Part shown: piece after piece, positions 15,206 through 21,538 of the stretch
Layout: every line of letters starts with the position of its first letter
Position numbering within the stretch: the stretch's first letter is position 1
IMG/VR virus record: IMGVR_UViG_3300045988_105464
Location: 1-39,063 of that record
Source of the DNA: a virus
Strand: one strand, 5' to 3'
Length of the DNA stretch: 39,063 nt
Translations under genes and position numbers: made by a program
Notes under the pieces: model-generated
Database searches by the model: none
Told to the model about the DNA's origin: nothing
The model's input: the letters and a program-made list of their open reading frames with translations, nothing else

Positions 15206-15605
15206 TTTGTTTGAGCGGTACGAGGACCAATATGGCCCCGTTGCAAGTACCTACCTTTACACGCTGGGCGGTGATCCTGCCGCCATCGTGGCGGAGATGG
15301 AGCGCACCCAGGCAGCGCCGGAGGCGGACCCGCTGGCGTTTCTGGCTCCGCTGATGCCCACCACCCCGGAACAGGACGCACACAACGCCATCATGAAAGA
15401 GATCCAGCGGCTCTATTTTCTGCCGATCTCCCGCGCTTCCGCTTTGGCCGTGTGTAACGTGCTCGGCGAGGCCGGCGAGCTGATCCCCTTCCCCGGCCTG
15501 CCGGATTTCCGTTTTAATGCCTGGACGTTTAAAAACGCCTGGAACGAGGCCAACCCGGACGAGGCACGGATCACGGTAAACGGTGCCGCCCTGCTGAGTG
15601 TTTGA
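15198..15605 (+). CDS. Hypothetical protein
   Basis: 135 aa with RBS AGAGGAGG. Last gene before the terminator. Confidence 0.6.
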   Translation: MANLFERYEDQYGPVASTYLYTLGGDPAAIVAEMERTQAAPEADPLAFLAPLMPTTPEQDAHNAIMKEIQRLYFLPISRASALAVCNVLGEAGELIPFPGLPDFRFNAWTFKNAWNEANPDEARITVNGAALLSV

Positions 15606-15615
15606 CCCCGCAGAA

Positions 15616-15652
15616 CAGCGGCCCGGAAAAACTCCGGGCCGCTGATTTTTTA
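15616..15652 (+). terminator. Rho-independent terminator of the accessory cassette
   Basis: cagcggcccgg-aaaaact-ccgggccgctg is a perfect 11-bp stem, followed by attttttatt. Confidence 0.85.
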
Positions 15653-15669
15653 TTCCGTTTTCGCCATGC

Positions 15670-15887
15670 TTCACAGTACGTTCACAGTATAGCCAGAAAT
15701 CCCACTGAAATCCTCATAAAGTGTTAACAGATGGTTATTTATTCACCATCTACGCCTTATTACATCAGCCTGCACAAAAGCCCATCAAACCACGCAATTT
15801 CAACGCTTCCGGTGTTTTTTAGAATTGCGTTTTGATGTAACCTGATGTAGAAAAATTGAATAAAAACTTCACAGTAACTTCACAGTT
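15670..15887. other. attP-like region: two pairs of TTCACAGT arm-type direct repeats flanking an imperfect palindrome
   Basis: ttcacagta at 15670, 15681 and 15868, and ttcacagtt at 15879 (11-bp spacing within each pair). Inverted arms tacatcag/ctgatgta (15761/15842) and catcaaaccacgcaatt/aattgcgttttgatg (15783/15823). The region abuts the integrase 3' end. Confidence 0.5.
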
Positions 15888-16974
15888 GCGAGACGGGTTT
15901 CTCGTCGAAATACGCCGTCAGCTTTTCGGCTGCCGTCTGCCTCCGGTCCTGCCGCAGATGGGTGTAAACCGCCTCCACCACCTCCGGCGTATCGCCCAGC
16001 AGCCCAGCCGCCTGTCTGGGGTCAAGCCCCGCCTCATAACAGATTGTCGCAAAGCTATGCCGGAAGCAGTGCGGCGTGATGGGAAACGTCTCCACCGTCT
16101 CGCCGTTTTCGCCCTGCTGGATCTGATTCAGGCCCACGTCCCGGCAGTAGTGCCGCCACTCCCGCGTGATCTCGTGGGGCCGCATATAGCCCCCATCGTC
16201 ACCGGGGAACAGCAACCCGATCCGGTTTTTCGGCAGTGCCGCTGCCAGAGGCGGCAGCAGGGGAATATCCCGCAGGCCGTTATCCGACTTCAGATGATTT
16301 TCCAAAACCGGCTTGGTGGTTGCGTAGTTGATCTTTTTGTCGATGTGGATCACGCCAGCTTTGCGGTCGATGTCACGATACGTCAGCGCCAGCGCTTCAC
16401 CCCGGCGGCATCCGGTGTAAAGCAGTAGATACCCGAACAGCCACCAGCGCGCCGTCTTAGCCTCGCCCGCCGCCCGAACGGCCTCCTCTTGCTCTTCCGT
16501 CAGCGCCTCCCGCTTTTTGCAGGGCAGACCCCGGCTCTTCTTAACCTCCGCCGCCGGGCTGATCCGAATATCGCCCTTGATGACGGCATGGGTGAAGATC
16601 ATCCGACAGACGGCAAGCTCAATGCCGACGCTGTTTGCGCTGCGGCCCTGCGCCTCAAAACGCTTGATGTAGTTCCGCACATCTACCGGCTCGATCTCTG
16701 ACGCCCGCCCCGGAAACGCCTCTTTCAGACGCTTCACAGCGTAGCTGTATACCCGCCGGGACGATTCGGAGATCTCGCTTTCATGCTCTCGCTCCCACTC
16801 GTCCGCGATCACCGGGAAATTCCGGCCTTTCTCCGCCTCCAGCTTGTACTCTAATATCTTGCGGTCTACCTCTCTGTCAGTCTTGCCGCGAAACGCTACC
16901 CGCTTGCCATTGATGGTGCGGATTGCCTCGTGCAGCCCGTCCTTGCGGACGCCATATTTACTTTTCTTCGCCAT
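15880..16974 (-). CDS. int: Tyrosine recombinase / phage integrase
   Basis: 364 aa. The C-terminal catalytic region has YTGCRRGEAL (Arg), HCFRHSFAT (H-x-x-R) and VEAVYTHL (Tyr). The N-terminal part resembles SAM-like/arm-binding domains. Confidence 0.9.
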   Translation of the reverse strand: MAKKSKYGVRKDGLHEAIRTINGKRVAFRGKTDREVDRKILEYKLEAEKGRNFPVIADEWEREHESEISESSRRVYSYAVKRLKEAFPGRASEIEPVDVRNYIKRFEAQGRSANSVGIELAVCRMIFTHAVIKGDIRISPAAEVKKSRGLPCKKREALTEEQEEAVRAAGEAKTARWWLFGYLLLYTGCRRGEALALTYRDIDRKAGVIHIDKKINYATTKPVLENHLKSDNGLRDIPLLPPLAAALPKNRIGLLFPGDDGGYMRPHEITREWRHYCRDVGLNQIQQGENGETVETFPITPHCFRHSFATICYEAGLDPRQAAGLLGDTPEVVEAVYTHLRQDRRQTAAEKLTAYFDEKPVSQL

Positions 16975-17013
16975 TTTTTCCTTTCCTCCTGTTGCATCGC
17001 CAGGGGGATCGTG

Positions 17014-17469
17014 CTATACTGTGGTTGATCCTCCTTTGGCTTTGTCGTGATTGCGATTGGTGGTATCATCTGCCGTCTGAGTGTTCCAGCACTCAGACGG
17101 CTTTCTATTTATCCTATGTACTATGTACCGGATCGCGCCCCAGCCCCCGTGAGTAGCGTCCAGATAGAGCAGCAGCAGAAAAACCAAAAGGGAAACGAGA
17201 ACCCCGAACAATACCCGCTTCTCCCACTGTTGCTGGCGGATCAGCCGCCGCAGATCGTCGATGTGAGCGGCGTAAATGCCATGGTCATCGTCCTGTTCAC
17301 TGTTCCGCAACACCTCCAGAATCTTTTCGGCCATATCATCCGGCGGTTTCGCCGCGCCGGAAATGTAGCGCGATACCATACTTTCTGATACATTGCACTG
17401 CTCGCCGATCTCCCGCAGCGTCAGCGGGCTTTTCATGCGCATTGCGCGGGCTTTTTCCGAAAAGTTCAC
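17014..17469 (-). CDS. Membrane-anchored HTH (XRE-like) protein
   Basis: GTG at 17469 follows AAGGAGG with an 8-nt spacer. HTH segment LTLREIGEQCNVSESMVSRYISG, then one TM segment VLFGVLVSLLVFLLLLYL. Confidence 0.65.
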   Translation of the reverse strand: MNFSEKARAMRMKSPLTLREIGEQCNVSESMVSRYISGAAKPPDDMAEKILEVLRNSEQDDDHGIYAAHIDDLRRLIRQQQWEKRVLFGVLVSLLVFLLLLYLDATHGGWGAIRYIVHRINRKPSECWNTQTADDTTNRNHDKAKGGSTTV

Positions 17470-17681
17470 CGTTTTCCCCTCCTTGCAAGTTTTTTGCAAG
17501 GAAAATCCTCCCTTTGAATTGGACTTTCCTGCCAGATGGGTCTATTATTCTCATAGGCCCACTCCCCTTTCCCCGGTCCCGCTTCGGCGGGCCGGGGTTT
17601 CAAATAGAAAGGAGCATCCCATGACAGACCTTGAAATCCTATTGGCATTGCGTTCCCTGTCCCCGGAAAAGCAGGTGCTTG

Positions 17682-18011
17682 CTATTCAAGCCCTGCAAGA
17701 GCTTCTATTATCGCAACAATTCGTTCCCGGTCCTCCGGTGAGAGATTGTGGATCATCGTGAGCAGCCTTTTATCTTCTGCATTCAGCTCGCCCTCATTCG
17801 TGGGGGCGGGCTGTTTTTCGTCTATCAGATATGAAGGCTGCACGTCAAACAGCTTCGCCATTGCTTTTATCTTAGATGTTGGTATATCGTCTACCCGGCC
17901 GCACTCCCATTTGCTTACAGCATTGGTTTTTACCCCCAGCTTTTCGCCTAATTCCGTTTGTGTCAAGCCGAGGGCTTTCCGGTGCAGCCGGATCTTGTCC
18001 CCTATTGTCAT
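17682..18011 (-). CDS. CI-like repressor (XRE-family HTH)
   Basis: IRLHRKALGLTQTELGEKLGVKTNAVSKWECGR is a classic HTH_3 motif. The gene is divergent from the cro-like gene across an operator-rich spacer. Confidence 0.8.
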   Translation of the reverse strand: MTIGDKIRLHRKALGLTQTELGEKLGVKTNAVSKWECGRVDDIPTSKIKAMAKLFDVQPSYLIDEKQPAPTNEGELNAEDKRLLTMIHNLSPEDRERIVAIIEALAGLE

Positions 18012-18041
18012 CGCTTCTTATCCTTTCCGTTTGTTATCTTA

Positions 18042-18069
18042 ATAATACCATATTTTTTTAAAAAGTCAA
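18042..18069 (-). promoter_or_regulatory. Leftward promoter for the repressor gene
   Basis: Minus strand: TTGACT-16 nt-TATTAT, about 30 nt upstream of the ATG at 18011. Confidence 0.55.
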
Positions 18070-18076
18070 TAAAAAT

Positions 18077-18126
18077 ATCTTGACAAGATGAAATAAATGA
18101 GTATAATGAAATTATCTTGAAAAGAT
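18077..18126. promoter_or_regulatory. Operators ATCTTG-a-CAAGAT (18077..18089) and ATCTT-gaa-AAGAT (18114..18126)
   Basis: The first is a perfect 13-bp palindrome overlapping the -35 of the rightward promoter. The second lies just downstream of its -10. Confidence 0.7.
18080..18107 (+). promoter_or_regulatory. Rightward early promoter (cro side)
   Basis: TTGACA (18080..18085), 16-nt spacer, TATAAT (18102..18107). It lies 36 nt upstream of the ATG at 18144. Confidence 0.75.
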
Positions 18127-18143
18127 GAATTGAGGTGACAAAA

Positions 18144-18350
18144 ATGAACGCAAATATGTTGAAGGGACGCCTCCGCGAAAAGGCCATGACACAAGCCGAC
18201 CTTGCCCCTCAAGTCGGACTGAGCCTGTCCAGATTCAACGCTAAGTTAAACGAAACTGGCGGTGCTGAGTTTTCTCTTGGCGAAGTCCGCGCGATCAAGC
18301 GCGTTTTGGGTCTGGATCAGGAACAGACGGAGCAAATTTTTTTCTCCTGA
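18144..18350 (+). CDS. Cro-like HTH regulator
   Basis: ATG at 18144 follows GAGGTG with a 6-nt spacer. HTH segment MTQADLAPQVGLSLSRFNAKLN. 68 aa. Confidence 0.7.
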   Translation: MNANMLKGRLREKAMTQADLAPQVGLSLSRFNAKLNETGGAEFSLGEVRAIKRVLGLDQEQTEQIFFS

Positions 18351-18372
18351 AATTATCTTGAAAAGGTGAATT
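18348..18372. repeat. Second copy of the 25-bp operator-containing repeat (first copy at 18107..18131)
   Basis: tgaaattatcttgaaaagGtgaatt versus tgaaattatcttgaaaagAtgaatt, one mismatch. The two copies flank the cro-like gene. Confidence 0.85.
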
Positions 18373-18686
18373 TATGACGGCATTGCGAGCCTAATTGCAT
18401 AGGTGATAAACGCAAGCACCGCCAGCATAATCAGAAGGTTTCTAACCCGCTCCCCGATGGGCAAATCGTGTCCCACTGGCATGGAGTTTCCCCAATTACC
18501 ACCGGTCGCAGCAAAGGCTCCAAAAGCCCAAAGAATCCCTGTGATAAATGTTGCTGCTGCCAAGGTCAGCAGACCTTCAACCGGTGATTCCTTGATCCAG
18601 TCAACCCCCAGGTCAATGCAGGTCAAAACCCATCCCAATGGTACAAATTCCGTAAAATCTAAAATTCCGCTCAGTATTTTCTTCAT
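18372..18686 (-). CDS. Multi-pass membrane protein, antisense to the early operon (moron / superinfection-exclusion candidate)
   Basis: 104 aa with RBS AGGGGGA and a 6-nt spacer. At least three hydrophobic segments. The opposite-strand ORF-track ORF looks like a shadow. Confidence 0.7.
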   Translation of the reverse strand: MKKILSGILDFTEFVPLGWVLTCIDLGVDWIKESPVEGLLTLAAATFITGILWAFGAFAATGGNWGNSMPVGHDLPIGERVRNLLIMLAVLAFITYAIRLAMPS

Positions 18687-18711
18687 TTCAATTCCCCCTG
18701 AGGTGTTATTT

Positions 18712-18924
18712 ATGTCTTTTCTCTACCGCTTACTTGATAAGTTCTTTGACCCACCGCCAAAATGGCTCGATAAGACCGGGAAAGTGATCTACTACGATAC
18801 CCAGGATGAACGTTATAAGCGGTACAAGCACCTGTGCTATCGCAATCTTCTTCTGAAATCGGTGCTCGCGTTCCTTCTCGGCATCCTGTTTAGCGCGTTC
18901 CTTGGCGGCTTGATCCGCCGCTAA
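18712..18924 (+). CDS. Small C-terminally anchored membrane protein (uncertain; competes with an ORF on the opposite strand)
   Basis: ATG at 18712 follows GAGGTG with a 6-nt spacer. 70 aa with a C-terminal TM segment. Third-position GC is about 65% by hand count, against about 52% for the overlapping minus-strand ORF. Confidence 0.35.
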   Translation: MSFLYRLLDKFFDPPPKWLDKTGKVIYYDTQDERYKRYKHLCYRNLLLKSVLAFLLGILFSAFLGGLIRR

Positions 18925-19028
18925 CTTCTTTGCGTATTCTTCAAATTCCCTCTGCACCGCACATCCCCCCTTACCCCCAAACATACACCAATTCACACCA
19001 ACAAGCAATCACGAAAAGGAGAATCAAC

Positions 19029-19622
19029 ATGAAAGAACTGAAAGTAAAGCTCACCTTCACCGAACCCATCCTCGGCACGTCCCCCGCCAACCCGGAGATC
19101 TACCGGGAGTTTATCGGCTCCAAGTCCCCCGATGCCGCCACCGTGGAGGAGGAAGTCTCCGCGCTGGGCGCTGACGCCGTGGCAGAAAAGGCCATGACGG
19201 TGTTCCCCCGGATGGAGGACGGCACCCCGTTCCTGTATGACTACCAGATCAAGGGCTTTTTCAAGGACACCTGCGGCGGTCTCCGCAAGGTCAAAGGCAC
19301 AGCCAGCGAGAAGATCAAGGCTTACAAGAAGGAGATCGACAAGCTGATCTTCCCGGAGCCCCGCGTGATCCCGTTGGAGTTTGACGGCCCCGTGGGCGAG
19401 TGTCAGCGCCCCCTGAGAGCGCAGACGGCCCAGGGCGAGCGCGTCAGCCTTGCCATGAGTGAGGAGATCCCCGCCGGGGCCACCTGCGAGTTCCGGGTGA
19501 CCTGCCTCTGCGACGATCATGAGAAGGCCGTCCGGGAATGGCTGGACTATGGCCGCTTCTCCGGCATCGGCCAGTGGCGCAACAGTGGGAAAGGCCGGTT
19601 TACCTGGGAGGAGACCCAGTAA
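19029..19622 (+). CDS. Hypothetical early protein with a C-terminal glycine-rich G.G....SGKG loop
   Basis: ATG at 19029 follows AAAGGAG. 197 aa. Ends ...YGRFSGIGQWRNSGKGRFTWEETQ. Confidence 0.7.
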   Translation: MKELKVKLTFTEPILGTSPANPEIYREFIGSKSPDAATVEEEVSALGADAVAEKAMTVFPRMEDGTPFLYDYQIKGFFKDTCGGLRKVKGTASEKIKAYKKEIDKLIFPEPRVIPLEFDGPVGECQRPLRAQTAQGERVSLAMSEEIPAGATCEFRVTCLCDDHEKAVREWLDYGRFSGIGQWRNSGKGRFTWEETQ

Positions 19623-19830
19623 CGCAGCGGAATGGAAGGGCCGCGAATCGTTCAGCAATGCGACGGCAAAGCCATGTAACGCAAAGATCGGCCACGGCAA
19701 TGCTATGCGATGCTGGTAACAGCAACGGCAAAGTAGTGAAGCGCTTAGCAAAGGCAATGCACAGAGTAGCAATGCAATGCAATGGAGGAGCGAAGTTGCG
19801 TACTGCTAAGAACAGCAACGGAATGGAATA
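19618..19830. repeat. Intergenic cluster of short direct repeats (GCAATGC x5, ACGGCAA-type x4, AACAGCAACGG x2, CGGAATGGAA x2)
   Basis: gcaatgc at 19655, 19697, 19754, 19769 and 19774. aacagcaacgg at 19718 and 19811. cggaatggaa at 19628 and 19819. Confidence 0.7.
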
Positions 19831-19916
19831 GATCTGCTCGGCAGTGCGGCGGCTTAGATTAGCTATACCCCGCCCAATCAATCGCGATCACGACAAAACA
19901 AAAGAAGGAGGCCCCT

Positions 19917-20117
19917 ATGGAACATCCAGCATATCGAGACAATCTCGAACAAATCCTCGCCTTTACCGGAGGGCGGCAGCTTCTGAACATCAAGGACATC
20001 AAGGCGTTCACCGGCATCCGGGATCCCCGCACCGTCAGGAAGTACTACCCTATGGACGCCAGCGGCCATATCTCCGCCGCCACCTTCGCCCGGCAACTCT
20101 GCGGAGGCAAAAAATGA
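19917..20117 (+). CDS. Small DNA-binding protein candidate (excisionase/regulator-like HTH)
   Basis: RBS GAAGGAGG. 66 aa. LLNIKDIKAFTGIRDPRTVRKYY resembles winged-helix/MerR-type excisionase motifs. Confidence 0.5.
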   Translation: MEHPAYRDNLEQILAFTGGRQLLNIKDIKAFTGIRDPRTVRKYYPMDASGHISAATFARQLCGGKK

Positions 20118-20329
20118 GCAGCTACAACAGCATCGCCCGCAGCCGGCAGGCCCCGGAAACACCCCGCCGGCCGTCACTGGGCACACGGGGAACATGGCCG
20201 TTCCAAATTGAGGGTGACCATCCCCGCTTGAAACCCGGCACCGTCACTTACATCAACAGCCCGCATCGCTGGTTTCTCGTCACCTTCGACGATGGCCACC
20301 GTCAGTGCTATCACTTCGGGGAGGCTTAA
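20114..20329 (+). CDS. Hypothetical small protein
   Basis: ATG at 20114 is coupled to the preceding stop (ATGA). 71 aa. Confidence 0.55.
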   Translation: MSSYNSIARSRQAPETPRRPSLGTRGTWPFQIEGDHPRLKPGTVTYINSPHRWFLVTFDDGHRQCYHFGEA

Positions 20330-20331
20330 CT

Positions 20332-20442
20332 ATGGATACAACAACATACGTTTTCATGCTGATCGGCGTGGCCACCGTCGCCGCGTGGCCCCTTCGGATC
20401 GTGGATCTCATCGAGAGGGGGCCCCGCCGTGAAAAGAGATAA
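20332..20442 (+). CDS. 36-aa single-TM micro-protein
   Basis: ATG at 20332 follows GGGGAGG with a 7-nt spacer. Translation: MDTTTYVFMLIGVATVAAWPLRIVDLIERGPRREKR. Confidence 0.45.
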   Translation: MDTTTYVFMLIGVATVAAWPLRIVDLIERGPRREKR

Positions 20443-20557
20443 CCGCACACGGGAGGAGCGCCGCCGGAGCCGGGCCGACTTCTCCGCATTGGTCTCCTTC
20501 GGCTGCTTCCTGGGCCTTTTGGCCCTGGCTTTGGCTTATATCCTGGGGGCGGTCTGA
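20429..20557 (+). CDS. 42-aa single-TM micro-protein
   Basis: GTG at 20429 follows GAGGGGG. Basic N-terminus then ALVSFGCFLGLLALALAYILGAV. Its stop overlaps the next ATG (TGATG). Confidence 0.4.
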   Translation: MKRDNRTREERRRSRADFSALVSFGCFLGLLALALAYILGAV

Positions 20558-20745
20558 TGGGCCGCCGCCGTCAAATGAAAGAACTGCCGCCCTGCCCCCG
20601 CTGTGGGATGTACGGCGGCAAGCGCATGGTCGCTCAGGGGAACACGGATGGCTTCTTCGTTCTCTGCGATTCCTGCGGCTACCGAACGAAAAACTATACG
20701 GACATCGCCCACGCGGTCCGTGTCTGGAGGGAAACTCAGCTATGA
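20557..20745 (+). CDS. Lar-like zinc-ribbon protein (restriction-alleviation family)
   Basis: LPPCPRCG...FFVLCDSCGYRT...AHAVRVW matches the Lar-family layout (CPxCG, a second CxxCG, and a terminal A...W). Confidence 0.6.
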   Translation: MGRRRQMKELPPCPRCGMYGGKRMVAQGNTDGFFVLCDSCGYRTKNYTDIAHAVRVWRETQL

Positions 20746-20960
20746 CCAGAAAAACCTATCCCATCTGCCACTTCTGCGAGCATCCCCTGAACCCCAATGC
20801 GGAGGACGATTGCGACCGCGTGTTTGTCCTGCCCAATGGGGAGCTGTGCTGCCCGCCCTGCTTTAAGGACTACCTGTCAAACGAGCTGGATAAAAATATG
20901 GACCTGTTTGCCGACGCCCTCGGCATCCCGGTGCTGTATACGGAGGGGCCGTCATGCTGA
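20742..20960 (+). CDS. Cys-rich small protein
   Basis: 72 aa with CHFC...CCPPC. Start/stop coupled on both sides. Confidence 0.6.
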   Translation: MTRKTYPICHFCEHPLNPNAEDDCDRVFVLPNGELCCPPCFKDYLSNELDKNMDLFADALGIPVLYTEGPSC

Positions 20961-21538
20961 CATTTGACGAGGCCACCCACACCTACACCCTTGACGGCAT
21001 CCAACTGCCCAGCGTCACCGAAGTCACCCGCTTTTGTGCTTATGACTACAAGTCAGACCGGCCATGGCTGGCGGAGGCTGCCGTCCGCCGGGGAACCGCC
21101 GTCCACGAAGCCTGCGCCCTCATCGACTACGGCGAGGAGCCGGAGGAGACCCCGGAGATCGCCGGATACCTGAAAGCCTACCGCCGGTTTCTCAAAGACT
21201 GGAAACCGGAATGGAAGCTGATTGAATGCCCCATAGCGGACCGGAATATGAAAATGGCCGGAACGATGGACCGCTTTGGCATCATCCATAATGCCCCCGC
21301 GATTCTGGACATTAAGACCGGCCAGCTCCATGACGCCGCCCTCTCCGCCCAACTCACCGCCTACAAGATGATTTTCTCGTGGGACCCGCGCTGCGGTTAC
21401 GGGAAAATTCAATCGCTCTATGCCTTGAAACTCTCAAAGGACGGCACTTATGAGCTTCGCCATGTAGAACCAAATTCGAACTTGGTGAACGCCTGCCGCA
21501 CCCTCCATAAAGCCACAGAAAGGAAGAAACGCACATGA
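20954..21538 (+). CDS. PD-(D/E)XK family exonuclease (Cas4/RecB-like fold)
   Basis: N-terminal HTYTLDGIQLPSVTEV and the core motif GTMDRFGII...AILDIKTGQ (D...D/E-x-K). 194 aa. Lies directly upstream of the annealing-protein gene. Confidence 0.7.
   Translation: MLTFDEATHTYTLDGIQLPSVTEVTRFCAYDYKSDRPWLAEAAVRRGTAVHEACALIDYGEEPEETPEIAGYLKAYRRFLKDWKPEWKLIECPIADRNMKMAGTMDRFGIIHNAPAILDIKTGQLHDAALSAQLTAYKMIFSWDPRCGYGKIQSLYALKLSKDGTYELRHVEPNSNLVNACRTLHKATERKKRT

Noticed and set aside
18730-19008. The 92-aa minus-strand ORF as annotated in the ORF track
   Set aside because: Its upstream third has no RBS. If real, it would start at a GTG near 18954. It competes with the plus-strand ORF 18712..18924, which has higher third-position GC. 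It is kept as an open alternative in a finding rather than listed as a feature.
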